Assembly: GCF_030028105.1 (NCBI RefSeq)
Contig: NC_092382.1
Span: 98,348,699 to 98,412,698 of the forward strand
DNA from: Mobula birostris
Lineage: Eukaryota
DNA: 64,000 nucleotides
Direction of reading: 5' to 3'
In this document: positions 38,640 to 52,306 of the stretch, in pieces
How positions within the stretch are numbered: the first letter of the stretch is position 1
How the letters are laid out: each line of letters opens with the position of its first letter
The notes under the pieces: model-generated
Seen by the model: the letters and a program-made list of their open reading frames with translations, nothing else
What the model was told of the DNA's origin: nothing
Database searches by the model: none
Program-made: the position numbers and the translations under genes

Positions 38640-39300
38640 AAAGCAAATACCTCTGTCAGGATGGTGCTTATTGATTGTAGCTCATCGTTTAATACCATCA
38701 GCCCTCCAGTCCAGATCGAAAGGCTTCAGACATTAATCCTCTGTTCTGCCCTCTGCGAGTGGATCGTCAACCTTCTAACCAGACGACCACAGTTTGTACG
38801 GATTGAAATGACATCACCACTTCGCTGACAAGTAACACTGGCGCTTCACAGGACCGTGTGCTCAGCCCACTGCTCTACTCTGTCTACTCTCATGACTGTG
38901 CGGCCAGGCAGAGCTGAAACAACATCTATAAATTTGCTGATGATACAACCATTGCTGGCAGAATTTCAGGTGGGAAAGAATAGACGCGCAACAGCGACAT
39001 CTAGTGGAGTGGTGTCGCACCAACAACCTGGAACTCAACGTCAGTAAGACCAAAGAGCTGACTGTGGACTTCAGGAAGGGTAAGACGAGGGAACACAAAC
39101 CAGTCCCTCAGAGGGATCGGGAGTGGAGAGAGTGAGCAATTTCATGTCCCTGGCTGTCAATATCTCTGAGGACCGAACCGTGACGCAATATATTGATGCA
39201 GCTATAAAGAATGCAAGGCACCGTCCATATCTGATTAGCAGTGCAACGAGATTTGGTCTGTCAACCAAGACACTCGAAAACATCAGTAACTGGCTGGATC
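38640..39300 (+). mobile_element. Rex/Babar-like RT fragment (paralog 52307-52930)
   Basis: RMVLIDCSSSFNTI..VLSPLLYSL.THDC..IYKFADDTTIAGRIS. Confidence 0.8.
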
Positions 39301-39959
39301 ACCGTCTGGAGATGTGGAGGGGGGGGGGGTATTAAATCCGTGTGAAGTTTATTTTTAACTTGTTTGTCTTTTAGTGGATGAGAGCGTTTGGAAAAAAAAA
39401 TCAGGTAACGCACGCAGAATGCGGGACGACCTCGGCTAGCCAATGTGTGCAGTTCTCTGCACAATTAGCCCCGATTAGTTGCTTAAAATTTTGACTGTTT
39501 CTCCATGAAAGAGGGAAGGTTTAACATGGAATAGGCTGAAGAGTCGGCTCATCATCGTCGAACGAACAGCTTTTCCCGCCCTACACGGCTTCATCAATCA
39601 TAATTCCTTGGCCGGCTGACAAACTGGGAATGTGATTGAATTAAAAAAAAATTGTTGCGGGAAACAGTGGATGGAGCTGTCGCCTGCAGTCAGTTCCTCA
39701 GACGCTTAAAGTCCGAATTTCAAAGTAAATTTATTGCAAATTACGGATATCGTTCTCTGTATTACCGAGCATTCATTTTCTTCCCGGCATTCACAATGAA
39801 GCAAACAATAGAATCGATGAAAAACAATGTGCGATGTATCAATAATCAATCAATCAATCAATCAATATGCATAAGTTTTACAATCCTTGAAAATGAGTCC
39901 GAAATAGTGTGCAGTTATGAGAGAAAAGTCTCTTGAAACTACTGCCCGACTTTGGCAGC

Positions 39960-40830
39960 GAATTACACCTCGGACTTCAACTACTGCACAGAGACCTGTC
40001 ATCTTCAGAAGTTTTCTGATGACTCTGCCATAGTTGGATGCATCAGCAAGGGAGTTGAGGCTGAGTACAGGAAACTTTGTCACATATTGTGAGTAGAATT
40101 ATTTGCAGCGTAATGTGAAAAAACACTAACAAGCTGGTGGTAGACCTGAGGAGAGCTAAGGCAACGGTGACCCCTGTTTCCATCCAGGGGGTCAGTGTGG
40201 ACTTGCTGGAGGGTTACAAATACGTGGGGATACGAATTGACAATCAACTGGAATGGTCAAAGAATACTGAGGCTGTCTACAAGAAGGGTCAGAACCCTCT
40301 CTATTTCCTGAGGAGACTGAGGTCCTTTAACATCTGCCGGACGATGCTGAGGATGTTCTACGAGTCTGTGGTGGCCAGTGCGATCATGTTCGCTGTTGTG
40401 TGCTGGGGCAGCAGGCTGAGGGTAGCAGACACCAACAGAATCAGCAAACTCATTCGTAAGGCCAGTGATGTTGTGTCGATGGAACTGGACTCTCTGACGG
40501 TGATGTCTGAAAAGAGGTTGGTGTCCAAGTTGCATGCCATCTTGGATAATGTCTCCCATCCACTACATAATGGACTGGGTGGGCACAGGAGTACATTCAG
40601 CCAGAGACTCATTCCACAGAGATGCAACACAGAGCGTCACAGGAAGTCATTCCTGCCTCTGGCCATCAAACTTTACAACTCCTCCCTTGGAGGGTCAGGC
40701 AGCCTGAGCCAATAGGCTAGCCCTGGACTTATTTTCTGGCATAATTTACATATTACTATTTAATTATTTATGGTTTCATTACTATTTAATTATTTATGGT
40801 GAAACTATAACGAAAATCAATTTCCCCCGG
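39960..40830 (+). mobile_element. Rex/Babar-like LINE 3' end
   Basis: QKFSDDSAIVGCIS..YKYVGIRIDNQLEWSKNTEAVYKKGQNPLYFLRRLRSFNIC..KLYNSS (ORF 40137-40715). Confidence 0.85.
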
Positions 40831-41204
40831 GATCAATAGACTATGTCAATGAGTATCGTAGAGACTGAACATTGTTGGCGCACTCAAAGTTTCTGATACT
40901 ATGAGCACATTGAAATTTCCGAGACTGATGATGTGTGGGAAGACCGCACATAAGAAAGTATGGTGAGTGTGTGGATTCTCTTCAGCCAAATGGATGTTTC
41001 GGAAGAGGAGGAAATTAATAGCTGCGGTGCAATGATATCGCCCCTTATTTCACTGATTAAACGCCACGGCGGACACGACTGAATGAGAGACCTACCTCCC
41101 ACCATATGATTGACAGGAGTCGTGTTTCCTGTTTTGCTGACAGCAGCGACAGTTTAGACGGTGAGAGTTTTTGTTCAGCTTCCCCGACACTCTGAGCCGC
41201 CGTG

Positions 41205-41841
41205 ATCACTCCAGGCGCAGGGATACACTGCCGACGAATTCGCCTCCAGTTTGTCGGACTCCAGGGAGAACTTGTTGGTCTGCGGTCTCTCCGCCGTAAA
41301 ACCGTCGACCAATCCCTTTGGGAACGCGGAATTAACTGTGCTCGAGTAAAACATGTACTCCGGACACTTTCCCGGGTCTTGTCGGTTCCAGTACAAGTAG
41401 TTAGCACCACTGGTACTACCCTCTACTGTGCAACGCAGGGTCACCTTCTGGCCGGCAGTTCCGGAGAAACCTGGAGTCTGGTGGATCGTCACCGAGGTCG
41501 CGCCTGGAAAAAAGAGACGAGGGTGGCAGAACGGTGTGAATGGACACGGAGAACCGGATCACCGGATCACTGGTGAAGGTTAGAAGGAGGGTACATTGAG
41601 GGAAGGTAGGAGGGGAATTGCAGTCGTGTAATCTTCAAAGGTGTTTTAAATTTTAAGCCGGCGGCAGAGGGAAGAGAGTGTGCGGACGGGAGGGCTAGTA
41701 AATTAATAAGGAATAGGTCAGAGACTACTCGAGGGCAAAGCGAGTGAAGGGAATGTGAAAGGAAGCAATGGGAGAAGAAATAATATTTTTGAAATTTCAC
41801 TCACAGCGGAAGGCGAGGATGAATTGCAGAAAGAGAAACAT
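41205..41841 (-). CDS. TRBV: V7 (family A); open frame, possibly functional
   Basis: Leader 41841-41805 (MFLFLQFILAFR). Exon 41503-41205 (299 nt) has Cys23, Trp41 and Cys104 but unusual WNRQ and YPCAWSD. RSS CACGGCG-23-ACAAAAACT (41204-41166). Confidence 0.85.
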
Positions 41842-43081
41842 CTTCCTTGGAGGGTTTACTCTCTGAGTGATGAAAGTGGTGCGGGCGGCGGAGGCGAATT
41901 CATTCACTTCGACCCCGTTTGTTACGTACCCCAGTGACGTAGGGAGTTTTGCGGACGTAGCAATCAGCCACGCCCCTTCTATGAGCCTGCCTCATTCGAG
42001 AGATTGGCCTCCCTCCGGCGCAGTGAGAAAGAACCCTCCAATGACGGGCAACGGGACGAATGGGCGGGAGGTAGGTGTAGGGAGACAGCAGATAGTTGGA
42101 AATCTCAATCCAGTTGGGTTCACTGGGAAGTTACGATCAACACGGTCATGTAACGAAGAACCGGCTGTGAAGTTCCTTGCGCCGCAGAATTTCTCTCATT
42201 TGAATGCTTATGGAAGAACGAAAGAACAACGCCTGCGCGATGTACTCTGAGGAATAACAACACCTCGCCGTCTGAGTGAAAGCCGCCCCTTAGATGGCGG
42301 TCAGCTCACCCGTTCTCTTGCTGACAACTGTCTTCAGTTGCGCATCAAATAATTCCATTCCTGAGGACCCCGACATCCCAAACAACTGAGCGTGGAAAGG
42401 GCAGTTCACCGAAGTTCCCTGTTCCTCAAAACTTCACATCATTCTCTGTGTGTGTCCTACCCTTGAAAACCGAGGTTCCAACATTCACAGTGAATCCTTC
42501 CCTGGTACACCTACGGTCCGCTGCTCGTCAGATCTTCACACCATTTTCTCTTTGTGTCCTGTCCTTGTACACCAAGAGCCAACTGTTTTTTCATCGTTGC
42601 ACCCCATTCCCGGTGCGTGTCGTGACCTTCTGGACGAACACCCACTGTTCCTGATCATTTCAGACCGTTCGCAGTGTGCCTCCTACCGTTGTACACCCAG
42701 GTCCTGCTGTTCCTCCACACACTAAATGTCCGAGCATTTTGTGTTTCGAACAATGGATGTGGTGGATTAAGTGCGGAGGATCTAAGAATGGGGAATTTCT
42801 TTGGAGGTAGTGTCTATATAGTCTGATCATCCGACGGTAGCTTTCAGCGAAAAAAAAACACACAGAACGGGTGCACAATTATCTGTGCAGAATCGTCCCC
42901 ACCATTTGAATACCAATCAAGAGAACGACATGACAAGAGCAGGTGCGATATCGTCGACCTGTTATTTCTCTCAGCGGCAACATTGCAGCGCCATCTGTCG
43001 GACCGGCTCACACCCGCGCTTCGATTGACATCAAGACGGTGAGGTTTTTGTTCAGCTCCTCCGTCTGACTCAGTCGCTGTG

Positions 43082-43677
43082 ATCACTCCAGGCACAGAAG
43101 TACACGGCTGACGAATTCGCCTCCAAGGCGACGGAGCTCAGCCTGAAGATGTAGCTGCTCGGTCTTTCTGCAGTAAAGCCATACAGCGGCCCCTTTGGTT
43201 GCACGTTACCGGCATATGTAGAGTAGAACAAGTTCTCGAGCCCCTGTCCCGGGTGTTGTCTGTACCAGAGCATCGTATCAGCCGTGTTGCTACTCCCCTC
43301 GACAGTACAGTTCAGCGTCACAGCCCGGCCAATAGGACCGGAGAAAGCTGGGATCTGCTGGATCGTCACCGGGGTCACACCTGAAGAAAAGAGTGGGAGT
43401 GAAAAGAGGTGAGTATGCGGACGGCGAGAACCACAGGGTAGAGAACGGGGACGATTGAAGCTGGGGTACCTTCGGGCGGCGGTCGGTATGGAGAGGTTCC
43501 GACGAAGGAAGATCAGAGTGAGGATGGAAATGGGCGGAGAAAAGCGCAGATTGAGACAGAAAAGGCACAGAACGGGAGGAAGCGAGGAATACCCTAGGGA
43601 AAAGAGAGGAAAAACTATAAGCAATTTTTTTTTCCCTCACAGTGGAAGGAGACGATCAGTTGGAGAAACAAGAACAT
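43082..43677 (-). CDS. TRBV: V8 (family A'), apparently functional
   Basis: Leader 43677-43641 (MFLFLQLIVSFH). Exon 43380-43082: TIQQIPAFSGPIGRAVTLNCTVEGSSNTADTMLWYRQ..LFYS..YFCAWSD. RSS CACAGCG-23-ACAAAAACC (43081-43043). Confidence 0.9.
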
Positions 43678-43961
43678 CTCCCCCGGAGGTTTATTCCGTC
43701 CCAAGTGAAAGTGATGTGTCCAGTAGCAATGAATCCACTCACTTCAGTCCCGCTTGTCGCGTAACTCAGTGACCTAAATGGTCATTGGTGATACAGATGG
43801 CCACGGCCACTACTTCTTTTGGCCAATCAGAATCGAGGCAGGCGGAGTTATACTTTGCCGTATTATCATTCTCCCTTCTTGACTTACCATATCCGTCTCC
43901 CATCGATAGACAAGTGTTGATTGTCTCCGTGCATTCCCTTCTTCCGAAGCTTTCTTTCTTG

Positions 43962-43994
<33 letters not shown>

Positions 43995-44280
43995 TCTCTC
44001 TCCCTCCCCCCCTCCAACTCTCTCTTCCTTCCTATGCTGGCCACGGTGGATTTCAATATGGAAGGAAACGTTGAAATCGAACGGATCACGGGAAGCAGAA
44101 GTAGGCAGTTTATTGTTCCTGACAGGTGCTTGGAGTTGGGCGAAGAAGGAACCGATGAACTGGCCAACGGAGATTCCCGTATTCCGCTGTTAACCATTGA
44201 AAAAGTGCTCCGAGTGATGATTAGTACAGAGAGAGCAGAGTGCCGGTTCGAAGCTGTTGGCCCGGGGCTCTCACTCTTTA

Positions 44281-44288
44281 TCTCTCTC

Positions 44289-44366
<78 letters not shown>

Positions 44367-44390
44367 CTCTCTCTCTATATCTCTCTCTCC
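44281..44390. repeat. (CT)n microsatellite
   Basis: Directly visible; similar runs at 28256-28290, 43961-44005 and (GATA)n at about 28440-28560, 44620-44720, 60018-60065. Confidence 0.9.
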
Positions 44391-45165
44391 CCGCCCCCTG
44401 GACTATATTTCTTACCGGTGATCACACTTCTCATAACTCCATAACTTTCTTATCGGTGTATATCTTGATGTATTTATCTTGATATGTATCTGAGTATTTA
44501 TGTCAGAATTAACAGATCTCATTTCGCAAGTTATGATCGATGATTTACTTTATTTGTCCCATCTACATGGAACGTCAGCGACCATCACGATTCTGTCTGT
44601 ATAGATAGATCGATAGACAGTGAGATAGGTAGATAGATAGATAGATTGATTGATAGACAGATAGACAGTTAGACAGATAGACAGATAGATAGATAGATGT
44701 ACAGTTAGATAGGCAGATAGATAATCCAAAATGACTGAATAAAAAAGGTTAATCATTGAACTCCACTTTCGTTCTGGTTCTGCTCGCCCGTAACACATCC
44801 CAGCTCTATAAAGGCTCCGATGGATGAAGTCGATGTTGTCAAATGTTTCCCACGTTGCACAGTCTACCTGTGACTCAGCCTTCACTTTGGTCCTATGTGA
44901 TTATCAATGGATCAGACAAAATCAAAGAAAGCTGAAACACGCGAAGTCGTGTGTAGTGCAGGGAAAGGTGTATAAGAGGCACGGTCCTGTGCCTCAGAGC
45001 TAAGCAATACCGGACCAGAGTAAAAATGGATCCTATGCCAGATACAAAATGAGTTGAGAAACGCAATCTGCTACTGCCCCCTAGTGGTGCGAATCTGCTT
45101 ATAAATCTCCCAGTAATAGGGCAGAAGGTTTATGTCACACCAGATTCGGCTGGTCTAGCTCTGTG

Positions 45166-45591
45166 CGCTGATACCAGTGCAGAAGAAGACATCGAAGTGG
45201 AAGGGCGAGACGCCTTTCACTTCCAGTTTGAACAGTGTGCTGCTCGTTCTCGTGGCCGTGTAGGACTCGGTTGTGGACTTCGTGTCGATGCCTTTCCCAG
45301 CGCAGAAGATAAGAGCTTCTGTTGCCCAGCCGTGTCTCTGTCTGTACCAAAACATATTCCTACCGTCAGTATTGAACAGCGTGATGTGACGTTGACTGAC
45401 TCCCCAACTCCAGTTGACAAGGCGGGAGGCACATGTTCCACGTACACGGCCAGAACGCCTGCAAGGTGGAAAATCTATTAGACTCTTACTTTCTCTCAAT
45501 AATAGACCAGGTATTCTGCAAAGTCAGGGAGAAAGAACACGTGCCCATAAAAATTACCGGCCATCCTTAGGAAAACCCAACGAGATATCAT
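45166..45591 (-). pseudogene. TRBV: V9 (family B), pseudogene
   Basis: Probable leader 45591-45558 (MISRWVFLRMA). Exon 45458-45166 (293 nt) has a 1-nt loss at the Cys23 position; Trp41 intact; ends FFCTGIS. RSS CACAGAG-23-ACATAAACC (45165-45127). Confidence 0.85.
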
Positions 45592-47118
45592 CCATTGGAC
45601 TCATGAACAGCACGTGAAAACCGCCATAGTAACGAAACGTGCCGTAGGTCAAGTTAGACAAACTGAGAGCAGAATGAATAATTACACGGGGATATCTGAC
45701 AACTTAGTCGAACTTGATCAGTGCTTAGGATCCGTTCGTCAACCCACTTTACTGTACCTCCGATAAACATGCAAATGCATCTTCCAAGTTTAATCCCGTC
45801 TTCCAGAGAAGATATATCATTTCAAAGACCAAACAGAAAGGGGAGAGGGACGGCCGTCCACATTGATGGTCTGATCTTGCAGTGGAGGGACATGAGTAAT
45901 AAAGGAGGATTCGAATTTCCCAACCTTTATCAAGATAAACCACGGCCAACGTCGCGCTACGAAACTCCGCCAAGAACACCAGCCCTCTCCATGGTTCTAT
46001 GATGCTTTGAATTACTTGGGATCAACAGCATTCAATGTGTCCCACATGCCAACATCCGCCCCAGAGAGACACCAACCGCTTTGGCATCACGTATAGCAGA
46101 ATGCCAGCATTCAGGAGAAGCACATTGCGTTTTCTGTTTGCACTGCGGCTATGCTACAGTCCAGTGGACGGCTGCGTCACTTCCTGAGCATCATATCAAA
46201 TCAAAAACCAGAAGAAGAGCGAAAAAAAAACAGAATTATGAGTTTCCCGTNNNNNNNNNNNNNNNNNNNNNNNNNNNNNNNNNNNNNNNNNNNNNNNNNN
46301 NNNNNNNNNNNNNNNNNNNNNNNNNNNNNNNNNNNNNNNNNNNNNNNNNNNNNNNNNNNNNNNNNNNNNNNNNNNNNNNNNNNNNNNNNNNNNNNNNNNN
46401 NNNTCTGTCTCCCCCTCCCTACCCTATCTATCTATCTATCTATCTATCTATCCATCCATCTGTGTATATCTGTATGCGTCTATGTATCGATCGATCTCTC
46501 TTATATAACTGCAATTTTAGTTTCCGTTTATGGGTTGAAACCTCACTGGTATCTGTTCTGGGGAAGGTGCGTCCTGTACCACAGGGACGGGCTACATATG
46601 AGCGCGAGGGTGAACAAATTCTCTTCCTGCCAGTTTTGCTGAAGGTGTTCAGGAGGGTTTAAGCTAATGATTAATCTACCAATAAGTTATTTATACAAAC
46701 ACAACATAAATTTGTTATTATCGCCAGAAGCCAAAATGAAGATCGCTTTGAACGCCATCCCTGCAAATAATTTAAGGATTTCAGTTGTAAATTTTTCTGT
46801 GGTTCAAAGGGGACTTGCCAAATTCCTTTAGCCTCGTAAGACATTCGGGGCGGTCATTGTTTTTCTTTTGTGTGAAGTGTTTCTGAATTACTTCAGGCAA
46901 CCTTGCCTTTTCCTCCGGATCTGAATTCCTGATATTAGGTATTGGGTTGTGCGGATGGGAGGAATCAAAATGCAATTGCAGTGTTATGCTGGACGCGACC
47001 CGGACAGTGAAGCTCAATGTGCAGCGACCCCTACTGGTGGGTAATAACCGGTTCTGAGCCTTCAGCGATTGTGCAGAACAGTTTTTGTCAGAGGCGGCAC
47101 GACTTCTCAACCTCTGTG

Positions 47119-47568
47119 CGCTACTACAGGCGCAGAAATAGACGGCCGAGTGAGAGTACGAGGCGTTCTTTACTTCCAGTTGAAAGAAAGTGCTGTTGGG
47201 TCTTCTTGCCGCGTAGGATTCCGACGTGTAACTGTCGACGAAATCTTTGCCAACAGAACGGAAAAGAGCTTCGATTGCCCCGTCCGGTCGCTGTCTGTAC
47301 CAATACATATAATCATAGTCCAAATTCAGCAGCGTGCATTGGACGGTTCTTGACTCTCCCAATCCAACTGACAGGGAAGGGGGCGACTGCTCCACGTCCA
47401 CGGCCAGAATCCCTGCAAGGGAGAAATTCCATTAGAGCATAATTTCTCTCAACAAATGGCAGCCCATTCTCTGAACCTGAGTTACCTTCCCCAGAACCAT
47501 TGTTATCCTGACTTACGCTGGATAAATGCCACAATCAGCGGAAGACAATATTTTCCTCGCACCATCAT
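47119..47568 (-). CDS. TRBV: V10 (family C), apparently functional
   Basis: Leader 47568-47517 (MMVRGKYCLPLIVAFIQ). Exon 47412-47119 (294 nt): VEQSPPSLSVGLGESRTVQCTLLNLDYDYMYWYRQ..YFCACSS. RSS CACAGAG-23-ACAAAAACT (47118-47080). Confidence 0.9.
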
Positions 47569-49479
47569 TCACAGAGTGGATACTGGTGGGCGTTTGGGTG
47601 GAGTGCCGTTCAAGATCAGCCTGCAGAAGAACTAAATTGCCAGATATAATTGTTGGCGCATTACGGCCACATGACGTCATTCGCTTCCTGTCGTCATTCG
47701 AAAGGCGGAGGAGAGTGGAGGTCGCAGAATCTGCAGCGTCGCTTTATTGAGGANNNNNNNNNNNNNNNNNNNNNNNNNNNNNNNNNNNNNNNNNNNNNNN
47801 NNNNNNNNNNNNNNNNNNNNNNNNNNNNNNNNNNNNNNNNNNNNNNNNNNNNNNNNNNNNNNNNNNNNNNNNNNNNNNNNNNNNNNNNNNNNNNNNNNAA
47901 TTATTCAAAACGCATCTGTATGTTTCTCCCCATCCCTGAACTCACATGCTGAAGTTATGGTTGTAATTAGCTGTGGGATAACCCTTTCCCGTTCCTGGTT
48001 GGAACGTAAACAGGCAATAATGCTTAATATTTTTGACCTCGCATCTCTGAAGAGAATACGGGGAGAGTGCAGATGCAGCGAAGGTCAGCAGAGGTAAAAC
48101 CGCAACATTTCATCAGTGGCCATGTTATTATCTACAGCTGTGCGAGAACGACAGAATCTCCCGCACTGTCATTTGACAAACTACTTTACAGTATGCTGCT
48201 TATCGTTGTGTCGTTTGCAGGCTTGCAGATCCATCTATCAGCGATTCCCTTCATATTACACAGATGAAGAGACCGCTTTATTCGATAGCTGTACACCGAC
48301 TCGTTGATGCAGATGTCTCCACAGCCAGACGTGTTGCAGCAACCCGTTGCAGACCAGCATGCCAGCATTTTGCAGAGGTTCTGTTGCTGTTCGGCCCAGT
48401 CATCAGAATGAGGAAGCAGTGTGATCTTAGTGACTTTGACCGTAGAATGATTATTGGTGCCAGTCCAGGAGAGGTTGGGTATCTCAGAAACTACCGAAAC
48501 GCTGGAAAAATCACCTAAAACGTTTTCCAGTGTTTACGGAGAATGGTAGGAAACAGAAATATTTGTGGGAATTATCTGGGTGAAAATAACGATCTGTTAC
48601 AACAGAGGTATGCGGAAGAGCATCTCTGAATGCACAATAGACCACGAACATACACCGACTGGTTACTGTATTAGGTACAGCAGGTCTCGAAACTTACAGA
48701 ACATAATATAACATCTCCCCATTAATCAGATATGGGTAGAATATATAGTTGTTTGTACGAAGTGCTCGCATTTGTACAGATACATCCGTACAGCAAACTT
48801 GTACATATACACCAGCATAACTTTTGCGCGGGACAAGTAGCAACGATACATATAGTATTGCCGCCGCCAAGAGGCGTAATGACCGTGCTGGCCCTCTCGG
48901 TGAATAGGTGGAGGGAGTTTCTGCTGTCGCTCTCTGTATGGTACTACTCTCTATGGAAGAGTACGAATTGGACACTTCAGGCCGAGTCCCTTCATCACGA
49001 CTGAGAGGGAGAGGGAGATGCCTGATTTAAAAGTTGCGGGAGGGAACAAAGGCCAGCTGAAAGGTGATAGGTGAAGACAGTTGGGTGGGAAAGGTTAAGC
49101 GATGGCGAAGAAAGAATATGGTAGAAGAGGAGAGTGGACAAAAGGGAAAAGGGAAGGAGCAAAGGGCCGTGGAGAAGTAATAGGTGTAAATAAGTAAAAA
49201 GTCTGTGTCGGGAATGGGGGTGGTGAAGCAATCGATTTACATACTATCAGGATGGTGGGTTTTTAGACGGAATATAGGAGGCTGTTCCTCTAGCTTGGGA
49301 GTGGCCTCCTCTTGGCACGTGAATAGAAATCGAAAATCGAGTGTTATCCGTTCGTGACAGAAGGGAGCAGACGATCACAGTTCGTTGCTGCCACCTAGTG
49401 GTACAGCAGGACCACTGAACTTCTCTACGATTGGCTTGAAGGTTTTTGTCGTGGCAGACTCGTTATCTGAAGCTCTGTG

Positions 49480-49896
49480 CGCTACTACAGGCGCAGTAGT
49501 AGACGGCGGAGTGGGAGGCGGATGCATGTGTCGCTTCCAGTTTAAACTGAGTGTTGCTGGGTCTTGTCGCCGTGTAGGAATCGGATGTGTAGTTCGTAAC
49601 CGAACCTTGTCCAACAGAATAGAAGAGAGCATTTATTGTCCGGTCCGATAGCTGTCTGTACCAATACAGATCTTGATAGCGCGTATTCAGCACAGTGCAT
49701 ACGACGCTGAACGGCTGTCCCACAGACAGAAATAAGATTCGATTTTAATTTCCCTCAATTGTTCAACAAGGGTTAAGTTAGTTAGAAGGAGCGGTTGGTG
49801 CGCTCGAAGACACTGTTGTGCGATGTGCAATCGGCGAGATACAACATCGTCGCGCCATGAACATGCTCGAATATATGCCAAATGACCTAACTTTGA

Positions 49897-49932
<36 letters not shown>

Positions 49933-50215
49933 TGTGTTTCTCTCCGTTACAGCAAAGATGCACGCACACGGTGTCTACGAAGTACAGACGTGCGCAGACA
50001 ATGAAATTTCTTCATTATGCTGATGAGTTGAAAGGGATGCATCAAACCTTTGCCCTTTTGGCGAATAATACTACCAAGCCTAACCACGTTCGATGCTGGA
50101 CGACGTCAGTCTAAACAGGACATTCGACACCCGCTTACCCCCAGACCTGTGAGTTTAACTTACGCGGGATGGCCACCACAATCAGCTGGAGGTAAAGTGT
50201 CCCCCAGACCATCAT
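49480..50215 (-). pseudogene. TRBV: V11 (family D); about 55-bp deletion of splice acceptor and FR1 start
   Basis: Plus-strand TGTCCCAC|AGACAGAAAT at about 49724 lacks the sequence equivalent to V5 34759-34813. Leader 50215-50164 intact. RSS CACAGAG-23-ACAAAAACC (49479-49441). Confidence 0.85.
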
Positions 50216-52215
50216 TGACAGGATGAGGATAGTTCCTCTGAGTGGAGTCGAATGAAGCTCAGTATCAAATGTCAGGGAAGTCTCTCTCCGTGGTCTGACA
50301 AAGGACCTGTCTTCCCGTTGGCTGTCTAACAATTACGTCACTTCCGTAGCGGCACAGCTCTTTTGACGCGGTTGTCATTGTTGAGACAATAACAAGAAGA
50401 ACCCAAACGAGTTCATGTAATGCAGATGCGTTTGGATGTTTCTCAGTTGGATGGCACATATCCCGGGAAATCCGGTTTAAAATAATCGGCACTTAGATCC
50501 TGGGGAACCCAAGATGCATCTACATTAGAGCTTCAATTTATTTATTTAAGGTGTATTGACCCGTGTATCACTTCCATGCCCAAAGTTCTCGCCCTTCGCC
50601 ATAATCTCATAACAATGCGGGATGTAACCGCCAGCAAGTCCTCTTCAGTGTTGAGGATACTGAAGTTATCCACGGAGGTTCGGGCTGCCGAATCACCTCA
50701 ACACTGAACTCTGTCAAACCCTATGCCCCACTTTCACGATTTCTACAAATCATTTACTAGTAAACCTTTCTGTACTTTTTAATTCGTCTTCTACTTCTTT
50801 GCTCTGTTTTAAATTGCTCAGATTGTCTTCTTTTGCAAATTGATTTTCCATCTTTCCGTTTAGTTGTCAATTAATCATGTATTGGAATTAAAATGGTTGA
50901 CGCCTGTGAGATCCGGATTCTTCCAGCGACCTCTAGTGTTGCGACCATTCCAATTCCGACATCAATCTAAGGCCCTTTCCACTGTCGCGATATATTCACA
51001 CTGATGGAGCAACACACTTTGTATTCCGTCTGGGTAGCCTCCAAACTGATGGCATGAACATCGATTGCTCGAATTCCAGCTAATCCCTCGAACACCTCCA
51101 ATGCCTTTTTTTCTCTTTCTGTCTCTCCTTGCCTGCACATCACCTCCATCTGGTCCTCCTCCCCCATTTTCTTTCTTCCATGGCCTTCTGTCCTCTTCTA
51201 TCAGATTCCCCTTCTTCAGCCTTGTATCTTTGTCACCAATCAACTTCCCAGCTCTTTCCATCACGCGTCCCGCTCCCAGTTTCACTATCACTCTGTCTCT
51301 CACTCCCCTCATCTACTCGTCATCATTGTCTTTTTCTTTCTCTGGCACTGACGAAGTGTTTCTCGGCCAGAAATGACGACTGTGCTCTTTTCCAGAGATG
51401 CCGCCGGGATTGTTGAATTTCCCCAGCATTTTCTGCCTGTTGCCAGGATTTACAGCAATCTGTTGTTGTCCTCTTGATATTTTCATCTCTCTCTGCGGTC
51501 TGCTGTGGTTTTCCCATATTGTGAGAGGGTCCTCCACCAAACCAGGCAAAAAAATGGCAGATGGTAAGCTGCTGTCTACGATGGCAGTGTTGTATATCGC
51601 ACCAAACAGTTCTGGGGTAGATGAAATGTTTGCCAATATCCTAAGTATCAATATATCAACGCACGCAACGTGCTCTATCAACTCGGAACATTTCTGGAAG
51701 AAATCGCCATTGGCTCTTTAACATACTGTGACAAGCTTATTGGCAGACATCAGTTCATTACACGGTACATTGAGGCCACGTGTATCGCTTTAGAGTTAAA
51801 CACCTGTTCTGCAGATCGACTCACTACAGTACCCATTGCTGTGAAATAAGGCACTTCAATAAAGTTTCAAAGCGACAGGGAAAGCCCAGTGCAGGTGAGC
51901 AAGTCCATAATGAGGTAGATATCAAAGCCAATAGCGCTGCGTGCAGGTCTCCCTGGAGTAAACTGCCCTTGATTGAGCGGCATTTGCCATGAAAAGCCGT
52001 TTTCTATCCTAAGTGAATGCTAGTCTTTTTGTGATGTCTGACACAAAATGGCGCACCCGAGGAAAGCCAGCGGAGTGTTGCTGCTGCGTGACACACAAGA
52101 ACTGCCAGACACCGTCCGTGTGCTGCCCCCTAGTGGTGCAGCAGGGCCGCAGAAATTCCCTCTGTTTGGCTGGAAGTTAGTTTGTGGTGGGAAATTCGCT
52201 AATTCAGGTTCTGTG

Positions 52216-52306
52216 CTATACAATAAGCGCAGAAGGAGACGGCGGTGTGGGAGGCCGATGCTTGTCTCAGTTCCAGTTGAAACAGAGTGCTGCTCGGCCT
52301 TGATGC
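52216..52306 (-). pseudogene. TRBV: V12 (family E) 3' remnant fused to a LINE fragment
   Basis: SRPSSTLFQLELRQASASHTAVSFCAYCI, then heptamer CACAGAA (52215-52209) with a degenerate nonamer. The 5' part is replaced by the Rex RT fragment from 52307. Confidence 0.8.

Noticed and set aside
42291-42300. Extra CTCF-like word CCCCTTAGATGGCGG
   Set aside because: Weak match, not at a conserved position, and absent from the paralogous units.
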